Shown here one piece after another: positions 40,050 through 49,568 of a DNA stretch of 64,000 nt. The DNA is from an uncultured Gammaproteobacteria bacterium (GTDB taxonomy: Bacteria; Patescibacteriota; Microgenomatia; UBA10105; UBA927). Each line of letters opens with the position of its first letter. The stretch's first letter is position 1. The position numbers and the translations under genes are program-made. The DNA is taken from positions 7,574 to 71,573 of the forward strand of contig CAZSTG010000003.1 in assembly GCA_964609895.1 (NCBI GenBank). Direction: 5' to 3'. Under the pieces are notes generated by a model. That model was not told the origin of the DNA. It saw nothing but the letters and a program-made list of their open reading frames with translations, and searched no databases.

Positions 40050-40696
40050 CGACACAGACAGACATCATCGTTGACAGCTATATACTCGGGCAGCTACAGG
40101 CAAACTGTTATGTGGTGTCCGACAGGAAAACGGATGACATGCTTATCATCGATCCGGCGGATATGGGTACATTTGTCGCTGAAGAGATTGAGCGGAAAAA
40201 AGGAAAACCCGTCGCCATTTTGCTGACGCATGGCCATTTTGACCACGCCATGGGGGCTGCGGAATTGCAGGCGATATACGGCATTCCCTGTTTTATGGAT
40301 ATGCGTGATCAGGCGATTATCAGCCGTATGCAGAAAACCGCTGCGCATTATTTGGGAAGAAATATTTTGGAATTCCCGCCAACATGTACGCCGCTTGATT
40401 TTTCCCGCACCGTGTACGGTTCTTTGTATGTAGAAAGCATACATACGCCGGGTCATACTCCGGGCAGCGTTTCTTTTTATCTGAAGGAGAAAGGCGTATT
40501 GTTTACGGGCGACACGATGTTTGCGGGCGGGCTGGTCGGGAGTACCAATCATACATATAGTAGGCCGCTTGATCTGAAGGATTCACTCGCACGGCTCTCC
40601 ACATATCCTGATGCGACGATACTCTATCCGGGGCATGGGGAGATGACTATTTTGGATGATGAAAAAGCAATATACGCTGCTAAGAAATCAGTATGA
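40046..40696 (+). CDS. MBL-fold metallo-hydrolase (glyoxalase II-like)
   Basis: THGHFDHAMGA metal-binding motif and downstream HTPGHTPG. 216 aa. Confidence 0.75.
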   Translation: MTTQTDIIVDSYILGQLQANCYVVSDRKTDDMLIIDPADMGTFVAEEIERKKGKPVAILLTHGHFDHAMGAAELQAIYGIPCFMDMRDQAIISRMQKTAAHYLGRNILEFPPTCTPLDFSRTVYGSLYVESIHTPGHTPGSVSFYLKEKGVLFTGDTMFAGGLVGSTNHTYSRPLDLKDSLARLSTYPDATILYPGHGEMTILDDEKAIYAAKKSV

Positions 40697-41703
40697 TACA
40701 GATACACACAGAAGCGGACAAAAAAAAGTGGGAGGTTTTTATAGACCGGTATGCGACGGATGCGCTGTTTCAACGGTGGGATTGGGGAGAGGTAAATAAA
40801 CGGCAACATATTGAGTGTCTTCGTTTTGTGTATGAAGAGCAGGGTAAGATAACGGCCATTGCGCAGGCGGTTGTTGTGCGTGCCCGACGCGGCAATTTTC
40901 TTCATGTCCGTCACGGGCCGATTCTTTCTGTGTGGAACAAAAAAACATTCCGCTTTGTGATCCGTCATCTGAAAACTGTTGCCAAGGAAAAACAGTGTGT
41001 CGCAGTCCGCATCAGTCCAAGGATCGCCAAGACGGATGCCACGCTTGCCATGTATACGGAAGAGCACGGTATTGCGTCCGCGATTCATGCAATGGACGCG
41101 GAACACGCGTGGGTGCTTGATATTACCCAAGACGAAGACGCGATACTTGCGGGTATGCGGAAGACAACCAGATATGAAATACGAAAAGGAGAAAAGTCGG
41201 GGGTAACAGTCATGAGTTCGACGGAAATGGAATCACTTGCATCGTTTATGGCGCTCTACCGTGAGACTGCGAAGCGTCAGCATTTCGTACCGCACACGGG
41301 TATCGAAGAGGAATTTGCGGTGTACGCAAAGATGGGCAATGCGGTATGTATTACGGGATATGTCGGGGACGTGCCGCATGCGAGTGCGGTCATCATTTTT
41401 GCGGGTTCCGAGGGGATTTATCATCACGGCGCGTCCGTCACTTCGACAGTGCCTGTATCCTATGTTGTACAGTGGCATGCGATTTTAGAGGCGAAAAAAC
41501 GGGGTATGAAGCAATACAATTTTTGGGGCGTGGCACCTGAAAACGAACCGAAACATCCTTGGTTTGGACTTTCTTCGTTCAAAAAAGGTTTCGGCGGGAG
41601 TGAAGTGCAGACGATACACGCATATGATTTCCCTGTATCATGGCGGTATATCGGCTTATACATTGTGGAATGGCTCAGAAAGCAGCAAAAAGGCTACTCG
41701 TGA
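40693..41703 (+). CDS. FemAB-family aminoacyl-tRNA-dependent peptidoglycan transferase (FemX-like)
   Basis: 336 aa. C-terminal YNFWGV...GLSSFKKGFGGSEV matches the FemABX signature. N-terminal GNAT-like half. Confidence 0.65.
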   Translation: MIQIHTEADKKKWEVFIDRYATDALFQRWDWGEVNKRQHIECLRFVYEEQGKITAIAQAVVVRARRGNFLHVRHGPILSVWNKKTFRFVIRHLKTVAKEKQCVAVRISPRIAKTDATLAMYTEEHGIASAIHAMDAEHAWVLDITQDEDAILAGMRKTTRYEIRKGEKSGVTVMSSTEMESLASFMALYRETAKRQHFVPHTGIEEEFAVYAKMGNAVCITGYVGDVPHASAVIIFAGSEGIYHHGASVTSTVPVSYVVQWHAILEAKKRGMKQYNFWGVAPENEPKHPWFGLSSFKKGFGGSEVQTIHAYDFPVSWRYIGLYIVEWLRKQQKGYS

Positions 41704-41719
41704 TATACTATATAAAACT

Positions 41720-42085
41720 ATGACAACGTCTGGGAGAACACACAAAGATTCCTTCAGGGATGCATTTGCCGGCCTCAGGTGGACGGTTGTGACGCAGCCA
41801 AATTTTCGGATTCATCTCATTCTTTCTTTTCTGGCATTGGTGCTCGGGTTTTTCCTTCGGATAACATTCGTGGAAACGGCAATTATCGTATTCACGATCC
41901 TTTTGGGGTTAACCGCGGAGATGATCAATACCTCCATTGAGGCAATGACCGATCTTATTACGAAGGAACGTCGTGAAGATGCGCGGATTGCAAAAGATGT
42001 AGCGGCGGGCATGATGCTTCTTACTGCGATAGGTGCAATACTTGTCGCATTGTGTATTTTTGTTCCTTATTTCATCTTAATATAA
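41720..42085 (+). CDS. dgkA: diacylglycerol/undecaprenol kinase (DgkA family)
   Basis: Start at Met 53 of ORF 41564 (first ATG after the femX-like stop). 121 aa, three TM helices. EMINTSIEAMTDLI motif like DgkA NSAIEAVVD. Confidence 0.7.
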   Translation: MTTSGRTHKDSFRDAFAGLRWTVVTQPNFRIHLILSFLALVLGFFLRITFVETAIIVFTILLGLTAEMINTSIEAMTDLITKERREDARIAKDVAAGMMLLTAIGAILVALCIFVPYFILI

Positions 42086-42087
42086 TT

Positions 42088-43131
42088 ATGGTTTTTTTAC
42101 TCGGCGCATTATTATTTTCTTGGATAGTCAGCAGCAGCTTGTATATTCCGTTTATCAAACTGCTCTATAACTTTCGGATGCAACGCATGAAGCAGGTGAC
42201 GCTTGATGCATTTAATAAACGGACGCCGATATTCGACAAGTTCCATCAGATAAAAGCAGGAACTCCTGTTGGCGGTGGCGTGCTCATTATCCTTGTCACC
42301 ACCATTCTTTTTCCGCTTGCGCTCGTGCTGATGAAATATTTTTGGGTGCCGATCACTTCTGTATATCCGATGGCTGCGGAAATAAAGATATTATTGTTTA
42401 CCTTTATCTCTTTTGGATTATTAGGGCTTCTTGACGACATGAAAAAAACGTTTGTTCTGAAGTCTGATTTTTTCGGACTAAGGCTGCGCCATAAACTGAT
42501 TCTTGAAATTATCATTGCAGCGGTCATCAGCTTTTGGCTGGTTACGGATCTGCACATCAATATTTTTTATCTCCCGCTGTTTGGTGTTATTCACATGGGG
42601 TGGTGGTTTATTCCGTTTTCCATGTTTACCATAATCGCGTTTGCGAATGCATTTAATATTACGGACGGACTGGACGGATTGGCATCCGGTGTGCTGATGA
42701 TCGCACTTTTTGCTTTTTGGATTGTGAGCGCGTCCATTCTCGATACGCCGCTTTCCGTATTTCTGGCACTCTGGATTGGTAGTTTGTTGGCGTTTTTATA
42801 TTTCAACGTCTATCCGGCGCGTATTTTTTTGGGTGACGTCGGCGCACTGTCATTTGGTGCGACGTTTGCTGTGGTGGGACTGATTCTCGGTAAAGCTCCC
42901 GCACTGATCATCATCGGCTTTGTGTTTGTCATCGAAGTCGCCTCGTCGCTCATTCAGCTCCTGTCCAAAAAATTTTTCCACAAAAAAGCATTTCCCGCCG
43001 CGCCGTTTCATCTGTTTTTGCAGTATGCGGGATGGGCTGAACCAAAGATTGTCATGCGTTTCTGGATTCTTTCGATTGTCTTTGCTGTGTTCGGACTCTT
43101 CTTTGCTTTTTTGACAAAGAATCCGATATAA
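42088..43131 (+). CDS. mraY: phospho-N-acetylmuramoyl-pentapeptide transferase
   Basis: Start at Met 13, 3 nt after the dgkA stop. NAFNITDGLDGLASG and GDVGALSFG motifs. Confidence 0.9.
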   Translation: MVFLLGALLFSWIVSSSLYIPFIKLLYNFRMQRMKQVTLDAFNKRTPIFDKFHQIKAGTPVGGGVLIILVTTILFPLALVLMKYFWVPITSVYPMAAEIKILLFTFISFGLLGLLDDMKKTFVLKSDFFGLRLRHKLILEIIIAAVISFWLVTDLHINIFYLPLFGVIHMGWWFIPFSMFTIIAFANAFNITDGLDGLASGVLMIALFAFWIVSASILDTPLSVFLALWIGSLLAFLYFNVYPARIFLGDVGALSFGATFAVVGLILGKAPALIIIGFVFVIEVASSLIQLLSKKFFHKKAFPAAPFHLFLQYAGWAEPKIVMRFWILSIVFAVFGLFFAFLTKNPI

Positions 43132-43147
43132 CGCTTCTTATGACTGT

Positions 43148-43939
43148 ATGGATACGCGTCCAATAGGAATCATAGATTCTGGTTCGGGAGGTTTATCGTT
43201 ATGGAGTGCTGTTGCAACGCTTCTTCCCGACGAATCCATTGTCTACCTTGGAGATCATGCAAACGCGCCATACAGTGACAAGACAAGGCGTTTTATACAG
43301 GCGCGGGTAAAAAAACTAATCCGTTCTCTGGTACGGCAAAATTGTAAACTCTGCATTATCGCATGTAATACTGCAACAGTTGCAGGTATAGATTGGTATC
43401 GAAAGCAGTTTCCCACACTTCCCATCGTTGGTGTTGTGCCCGTAATAAAAACCGCGGCACAGGCAACAAAGACGAATACCATATGCATACTGTCGACGGA
43501 ATTTACGGCAAAAAGTAGATATGTAAAAAAACTGATTGCAAAATTTGCACCGACAGCATCCGTCTTTTCCCTTGGCAGTTCCAAACTGGTTTCGTACATT
43601 GAATCGGAAAAACAAGACAGAGGGAAGATTGAAAAAGAGCTCTGCCGTATGTGCAGCTCGGTTGCGGAGAAACCCGTCGACGTCGTCGTTCTCGGGTGTA
43701 CCCATTTTCCGTTCATCAGAAACGAAGTGGCGAGGCAGTTCGGCAGATCCGTTCTCATTCTTGATTCCGCTGGTGCTGTTGCGAGACAGACAGAAAGAAT
43801 TATTCGTACAAACGGTATCGCGTCGTCGAGTGCTCCCGTATATGCATTTTTTACGACCGGCAATGCCAAACGTGTATCGTATGTCATGTCACGGCTTTTG
43901 GGGCGTGATATAGTTGTCGAACATACGGCAATCTCTTAG
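43148..43939 (+). CDS. murI: glutamate racemase
   Basis: IGIIDSGSGGLS, IACNTA and LGCTHFP motifs. Confidence 0.85.
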   Translation: MDTRPIGIIDSGSGGLSLWSAVATLLPDESIVYLGDHANAPYSDKTRRFIQARVKKLIRSLVRQNCKLCIIACNTATVAGIDWYRKQFPTLPIVGVVPVIKTAAQATKTNTICILSTEFTAKSRYVKKLIAKFAPTASVFSLGSSKLVSYIESEKQDRGKIEKELCRMCSSVAEKPVDVVVLGCTHFPFIRNEVARQFGRSVLILDSAGAVARQTERIIRTNGIASSSAPVYAFFTTGNAKRVSYVMSRLLGRDIVVEHTAIS

Positions 43940-43948
43940 AATAGGAAT

Positions 43949-45334
43949 ATGACGACATTTAAAGGGAAAACGGTCGCAATAACAGGTATTTCCATTGAGG
44001 GAAAAGATGCGCTGGATTTTTTTCTGAAGGAAGGATGCAAGATTATCTGCTGTGACAGGCGTTCCGAAGAGCAATTGGCCGAAACAATTGCTTTATATAC
44101 AGATTCGCCCGTGACATGGTGCTTCGGTTCATCGTATCTGTCCCGTCTTCACGAGGCGGATCTAATTGTTAAAACGCCGGGGATGTCACTTTTGACTCCG
44201 GAGCTGGTACAGGCAAAAAATCGCGGTATTGAAATCACGAGTGTGACCAAATTGTTTTTTGAACTGTGTACCGCCCCCATTATCGGTGTGACCGGAACCA
44301 AAGGAAAGGGAACGACAAGCTCCTTGATACGGGATATGCTGGAAACAGCAGGAAAGACGGTATTCCTAGGGGGTAATGTAGGAATTGCCTTGTTATCGCG
44401 CGTCAGATCCATACGTCAGACAGACTGGGTGGTATATGAACTGTCCTCATTTCAGCTAGAAGATATGAATTTGAGTCCCCACATCGCGGTTGTACTTCGG
44501 ATTACGCAGGATCATTTGGCAAATTTTGACGCAAACGCGACCAATTTTCATGCAACACGGGAACTGTATGTGGAGGCAAAATCGCAGATTGTGCGTCACC
44601 AGACGGCAGACGATATCGCCGTCATCAATGGAGGGGACATGACAGCGCGGGCATTTGCAGAATTGACGCCCGCAAAAAAGCTGTATTTTGACCGTTACGG
44701 GACGACCGCTGATTGTTATGTAGAATCGCATACCGTACACCTAGTTGAACAGGACGCTGTAACGGAAATTGCAGACGCATCAACAGTACAAGTTCGTGGA
44801 GATCATAATCTGGAAAACATCGCCGCGGCAACGCTTGCGTGCCGTGCCGCAGGTGTCTCTGTTTCGGCAATACAACAGGCTGTCCGTGCATTTAAGGGAT
44901 TGGAACACCGGCTGGAATTTGTCCGGACTGTGCATGAAGTTTCCTATTATAATGATTCGTTTTCAACCGTTCCGGAAACAACCATTGCCGCAGTCGAAGC
45001 ATTTGAAGAACCGAAGGTGTTGATTCTGGGAGGATCGGAGAAAAAATCAGATTTTACCGTCATGGGCGAATACATTGCAAAAAGCAACGTCAGGGGTGTT
45101 GTCGTTATCGGTGACATGACGACACGCATCGAAGAAGCGTTAAGAGCTGCTCATTTTAAGGGAAAAATTGTCACAGGATGCACTAACATGCAGGAAATCG
45201 TTATACAGGCAACCAAGTTGTCAAAGCCGGGAAGTGTGGTGGTATTGACCCCCGGTTGTGCGTCGTTTGGAATGTTTGTTAATTATAAAGATCGCGGAAA
45301 GCAGTTTAAACATGAAGTTCTTGCATTGGCATAA
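43949..45334 (+). CDS. murD: UDP-N-acetylmuramoylalanine--D-glutamate ligase
   Basis: KTVAITGISIEGKDA N-terminus; GVTGTKGKGTTSSL P-loop. Confidence 0.85.
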   Translation: MTTFKGKTVAITGISIEGKDALDFFLKEGCKIICCDRRSEEQLAETIALYTDSPVTWCFGSSYLSRLHEADLIVKTPGMSLLTPELVQAKNRGIEITSVTKLFFELCTAPIIGVTGTKGKGTTSSLIRDMLETAGKTVFLGGNVGIALLSRVRSIRQTDWVVYELSSFQLEDMNLSPHIAVVLRITQDHLANFDANATNFHATRELYVEAKSQIVRHQTADDIAVINGGDMTARAFAELTPAKKLYFDRYGTTADCYVESHTVHLVEQDAVTEIADASTVQVRGDHNLENIAAATLACRAAGVSVSAIQQAVRAFKGLEHRLEFVRTVHEVSYYNDSFSTVPETTIAAVEAFEEPKVLILGGSEKKSDFTVMGEYIAKSNVRGVVVIGDMTTRIEEALRAAHFKGKIVTGCTNMQEIVIQATKLSKPGSVVVLTPGCASFGMFVNYKDRGKQFKHEVLALA

Positions 45335-46415
45335 ATCAACACTCGGCCCTCCGGATTACCTGTTGATAGGATTGGTAGTTCTCTTGTCAGGATTCGGACT
45401 TTTGATGGTATACGATGCCTCTGTTGCCATCGCCATCAGGGATTTCAACAACCAGTATTACTATCTGACGGAACAACTGAAATGGGTTATCCTTGGACTG
45501 ATCGTTTTTACCGTCGCTTCATTTGTGGACTACCGGATATACAGGAAATTCGCCCTTCCGATGCTTGTCGGCACACTTTTTCTGCTGCTTGTTGTGTTTT
45601 TGCCCGGCGTCGGTATAAAAGCACTTGGCGCTAAACGGTGGATCAATCTGGGATTTACTGTGTTACAGCCTGCCGAATTGGCAAAGCTTACCCTTATTAT
45701 ATATTTGTCCGCGTGGTTTGCGGTGAAAGAAAAAGGGAGACTCATTTCATTTCTGCTGCTGTTGGGGATGATTGCAGGGCTTATTATTTTGGAGCCGGAC
45801 TTAGGGACAACATTAGTGATTCTTGCAACAGCAATGACGATGTATTTTTTTTCTGGTGCGCCCGTCAGACAATTTGCTTTAGTGGTACCGGTGCTTATTG
45901 TATGCATCATCGGACTTGCCGTCTCTTCTCCATATAGATTTCGGCGGCTGACAACGTTTTTTAATCCTGAAAACGATCCACTCGGTGCGTCGTATCATAT
46001 CAGGCAGGCAACCATAGCGCTCGGTTCGGGCGGTATGTTCGGTGTTGGTCTCGGTAAATCACGGCAAAAGTATGAATACCTGCCCGAGGCAAATACGGAT
46101 TCCATTTTTGCCATCATTGGAGAGGAAATAGGATTTGTCGGTGCAGTCGGATTGCTTGTTGTGTTTTTTATACTTATCTGGAGAGGATTTCAAATTGCCC
46201 GTCGCGTTGAAGATCCGTTCGGCAGATATCTTGCACTCGGCATTACCACTTGGATTGCGTATCAGGTGATCATGAATATTGCAGCAATGGTTGCGCTTAT
46301 CCCTCTTACCGGCGTTCCATTGCCTTTGATTTCATACGGAGGGTCTAGTCTCATTGTTGTTCTAACAGGACTTGGTATACTGGTTAATATAAGTAAATTC
46401 AGAACTCATGGCTGA
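45312..46415 (+). CDS. ftsW: SEDS-family peptidoglycan glycosyltransferase FtsW/RodA
   Basis: Start at Met 19 of ORF 45258 (overlaps the murD end by 23 nt). PDYLLIGLVVLLSGFGLLMVYDAS N-terminus. Ten TM helices. Confidence 0.8.
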   Translation: MKFLHWHKSTLGPPDYLLIGLVVLLSGFGLLMVYDASVAIAIRDFNNQYYYLTEQLKWVILGLIVFTVASFVDYRIYRKFALPMLVGTLFLLLVVFLPGVGIKALGAKRWINLGFTVLQPAELAKLTLIIYLSAWFAVKEKGRLISFLLLLGMIAGLIILEPDLGTTLVILATAMTMYFFSGAPVRQFALVVPVLIVCIIGLAVSSPYRFRRLTTFFNPENDPLGASYHIRQATIALGSGGMFGVGLGKSRQKYEYLPEANTDSIFAIIGEEIGFVGAVGLLVVFFILIWRGFQIARRVEDPFGRYLALGITTWIAYQVIMNIAAMVALIPLTGVPLPLISYGGSSLIVVLTGLGILVNISKFRTHG

Positions 46416-47517
46416 ACTGCATACAGGAAAGAAAGTCTGCGTGACAGGGGGACATTTGTCTCCTGCTGTTGCCGTGATTGAGGAAATACTGGCAAGCGGA
46501 AAACCGTGGACTGTTGTGTTTGCGGGCAGGGCAAAAACATCCCGATCAAGTGTCTTTGCATCGGAAGAAAAACAGTGTATTGAGCAATTGCATATCCCAT
46601 TTTTTCCGCTGCATGCAGGCAGGTTATCCAGAACGTTTTCTTGGGATGCACTGTACGATGCGTTGACTATTCCCGTCGGTTTTGTCGAGGCAATCGTGTT
46701 CTGTCTGCGGGAAAAGCCGGATTGCATTCTTTCTTTTGGGGGATATGTGGGGTTGCCCGTTGTGATTGCCGGTTGGCTGTTTGGCATTCCCACTGTCATT
46801 CATGAACAAACACACAGACTCGGACTTGCCAATGCGATTGCTTCCGAATTTGCACAGAATATCCTGCTTACGTTTCCCGATGCGCGAAAACAACAGGATA
46901 AACGGGTTCGCGTAACGGGGTTGCCGCTTCGGAAATCATTTTTTTCCGCTCCGGCACATGCATCGTTTCCCATCCCCGCAAAAAAACCTGTGTTGTATAT
47001 TACGGGCGGCACAACCGGCGCAGTGTCGATGAATGATTTGCTTTTTCCGTGCATCGGTTCGCTGGTGCACGACTATACAGTGATTCATCAGACCGGTCAG
47101 CAGTCATATGCAAAAGCACTTACTGTGCTTGACACGCTGCCCAAAGACGATAAACCATTGTATATACCGACGCCATATGTGGAAAGCGGCGACGTATCTT
47201 GGATCATGCATCACGCGCGGCTTGTCATCGGAAGATCGGGAGCCAATACTGTCGCAGAAGTTGCCGCACTCAACAAATCCGCCGTATTTATTCCGCTGCC
47301 GTGGGCAGGGTCGCAAGAACAACTCCGGAATGCAACGTGGTATGCCGCCGCCAGCGGCAACGTGCATATTGTTAATCAGCAGCGCACGACATCCGATCAG
47401 TTGTGCGAAATCATCCGCGCTGCTGCATCGCATGCGGATACAACAAGCGATACACAACACCATGCAGTTCCTGCCGCAGCACGGGCAATCGTTGATACAC
47501 TTGCCTTATTGATGTAA
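46408..47517 (+). CDS. murG: undecaprenyldiphospho-muramoylpentapeptide beta-N-acetylglucosaminyltransferase
   Basis: VCVTGGHLSPAVAV N-terminus, ITGGTTGAV C-terminal domain motif. Position between ftsW and ftsQ. Confidence 0.75.
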   Translation: MAELHTGKKVCVTGGHLSPAVAVIEEILASGKPWTVVFAGRAKTSRSSVFASEEKQCIEQLHIPFFPLHAGRLSRTFSWDALYDALTIPVGFVEAIVFCLREKPDCILSFGGYVGLPVVIAGWLFGIPTVIHEQTHRLGLANAIASEFAQNILLTFPDARKQQDKRVRVTGLPLRKSFFSAPAHASFPIPAKKPVLYITGGTTGAVSMNDLLFPCIGSLVHDYTVIHQTGQQSYAKALTVLDTLPKDDKPLYIPTPYVESGDVSWIMHHARLVIGRSGANTVAEVAALNKSAVFIPLPWAGSQEQLRNATWYAAASGNVHIVNQQRTTSDQLCEIIRAAASHADTTSDTQHHAVPAAARAIVDTLALLM

Positions 47518-47524
47518 CCATTTC

Positions 47525-48217
47525 ATGAATCCAAGAAACGTATCAGGAAAACGGAAAATCGTCAGTGCAGTTGCCGCAGTTTGTATTTTTGCAATTGTTG
47601 TCGGAAGTATATATCTGCTACTTCGGCTGTTTCAGATAAAAAATATTATCGTTTCCGGAGATCCTGCAAAGGTGGAAGTAAATGCAAAACAGTTTGTCGG
47701 GAACATGATTTTTTTCCAGCCGGATGCGGTGATTGCACAGATTAAAACCGATAATCCACTTGTCAAAACAATCAGGATACGAAAACATTTTCCGTCGACA
47801 TTGGAACTGGTTGTCTACAAACGACAACCGATTGCCAGACTGCATACACAGACGGCAATTGTCGGCATTGACAGCGATGCGGTAGTGACTGATGTGTTGG
47901 GAAATGATTCGATTCCTGTTATTCAGATTGATGTGCCGCTTGTGAGAATGGGACAGCGCATGAAAGATGAAGGAGTGAAACAGGCGGTCGGAATTATCGC
48001 GGGGACGCAGGATTTTCTGCATATTCGAAAAATACAAAATTATGAAACAGCGTCACTGCGTGCCCAAACGCAGGAATCAGACATTTTTTTTCCTCAAAAA
48101 GGGGATATTCGCCCAATACTGGATACTTTACAAACGTTGATGACGGGGTTTAGAATAAAAGGTACCATGCCCAAAACGATTGATCTTCGTTTTGATAAAC
48201 CTGTTGTTCAATTTTAA
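47525..48217 (+). CDS. ftsQ: cell division protein FtsQ/DivIB (POTRA)
   Basis: N-terminal TM, POTRA-like IKNIIVSG...P block. Precedes ftsA. Confidence 0.6.
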   Translation: MNPRNVSGKRKIVSAVAAVCIFAIVVGSIYLLLRLFQIKNIIVSGDPAKVEVNAKQFVGNMIFFQPDAVIAQIKTDNPLVKTIRIRKHFPSTLELVVYKRQPIARLHTQTAIVGIDSDAVVTDVLGNDSIPVIQIDVPLVRMGQRMKDEGVKQAVGIIAGTQDFLHIRKIQNYETASLRAQTQESDIFFPQKGDIRPILDTLQTLMTGFRIKGTMPKTIDLRFDKPVVQF

Positions 48218-48219
48218 TT

Positions 48220-49524
48220 ATGGCACGCGACAGAATTTTAACCGGAATTGATATCGGGACCTCCAAAATTACCACGCTGATTGCAAGCATTTCAGAAGAA
48301 CAGGATGTACGCGTTGTCGGCGTAGCAACAGTAGCAAGCCGCGGTCTTCGCAAAGGACAGATTGTGAATATTGAGGAAGCAACTGGCGCAATTTCCCAGT
48401 CACTTGATGCGGCGGAGCGGATGGCAGGTGTTTCCGTTCCAGCGGCTTTTATTCTTACAGGTGGCAATCATATTGCATCACTTAACTCTCATGGCGTTGT
48501 TGCCGTTGCCGAACCGGATAAGGAAATCTCCGGAAATGATGTGGCGCGCGTCATCGATGCGGCAAAAGCCATTTCCCTTCCGTCATCCCGTGAGATTCTG
48601 CATATCATTCCGCGCGGCTATCTGGTGGACGGGCAGGAAGGAATTGTTGATCCCGTAAATATGACGGGTGTACGGTTGGAAGTAGACACACATCTTATTA
48701 CCGGAGGTTCTATTGCAATCCGCAATTTATATAAGTGTGTTGAGGATCTGGGAGTGGAAGTGGAGGGAATTGTATTTGGCGGACTTGCATCTGCATCCGC
48801 AACACTTTCTGATACAGAAAAAGAATTGGGGGTGGTGCTCGTCGACATAGGTGGCGGAACAACGGATGTTGCGGTGTATGTGGACGGAGCACTTTCCTAT
48901 TCGTCGGTGATTCCGGTCGGTGCAATTAACATAACAAAAGATTTGGCGGCGGGGCTTCGTATTTCTTTGGAAAGCGCGGAAAAAATCAAACTCGCGCTTG
49001 GAGTGCAGCCGAAAGTGCCGGTTCTGCCGGAGACGGAAGAACAGCCTGCAGGAAAAACAAAGACGGATAAATCGGATGAACTGGATGTTTCCGATCTGCA
49101 GTTGATTGAGGATATGAAAACTGTTTCACGGAAAACGCTGGTGGAGGGTATTGTAAAACCGCGGCTGAACGAAATATTTTCTTTGGTGGGGCTGGAAATC
49201 AAGAAAAGCGGATTCGGCGGTATGACGCCGTCCGGCGTTGTACTTACAGGTGGCGGTGCATTAACCGTCGGGGCAGTTGAATGCGCGAGAAGAAATCTGG
49301 CAATGCCGGTGCATGTGGGAACGCCAAAAAATATTTCCGGCCTTATTGAGGAAATCCAGACGCCCGCATATGCGGCAAGTGTCGGATTATTATTGTACGG
49401 AGTAAAATCGGAAAAAAGTGACAATGGTCCTTTGTTTAAGGGATTGGGAAAACTTGGCGACAAGATCCCAATGAAAGGTGTTGCAGGGAAGCTTATAAAT
49501 CTGATAAAGTCATTTCTGCCATAA
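48220..49524 (+). CDS. ftsA: cell division protein FtsA
   Basis: ILTGIDIGTSKI actin-fold phosphate-1 and DIGGGTTD phosphate-2 motifs. Confidence 0.85.
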   Translation: MARDRILTGIDIGTSKITTLIASISEEQDVRVVGVATVASRGLRKGQIVNIEEATGAISQSLDAAERMAGVSVPAAFILTGGNHIASLNSHGVVAVAEPDKEISGNDVARVIDAAKAISLPSSREILHIIPRGYLVDGQEGIVDPVNMTGVRLEVDTHLITGGSIAIRNLYKCVEDLGVEVEGIVFGGLASASATLSDTEKELGVVLVDIGGGTTDVAVYVDGALSYSSVIPVGAINITKDLAAGLRISLESAEKIKLALGVQPKVPVLPETEEQPAGKTKTDKSDELDVSDLQLIEDMKTVSRKTLVEGIVKPRLNEIFSLVGLEIKKSGFGGMTPSGVVLTGGGALTVGAVECARRNLAMPVHVGTPKNISGLIEEIQTPAYAASVGLLLYGVKSEKSDNGPLFKGLGKLGDKIPMKGVAGKLINLIKSFLP

Positions 49525-49568
49525 AAAAACACTCTCTTCAGTATCTGCCTCTGAGGAAATGATACGTT

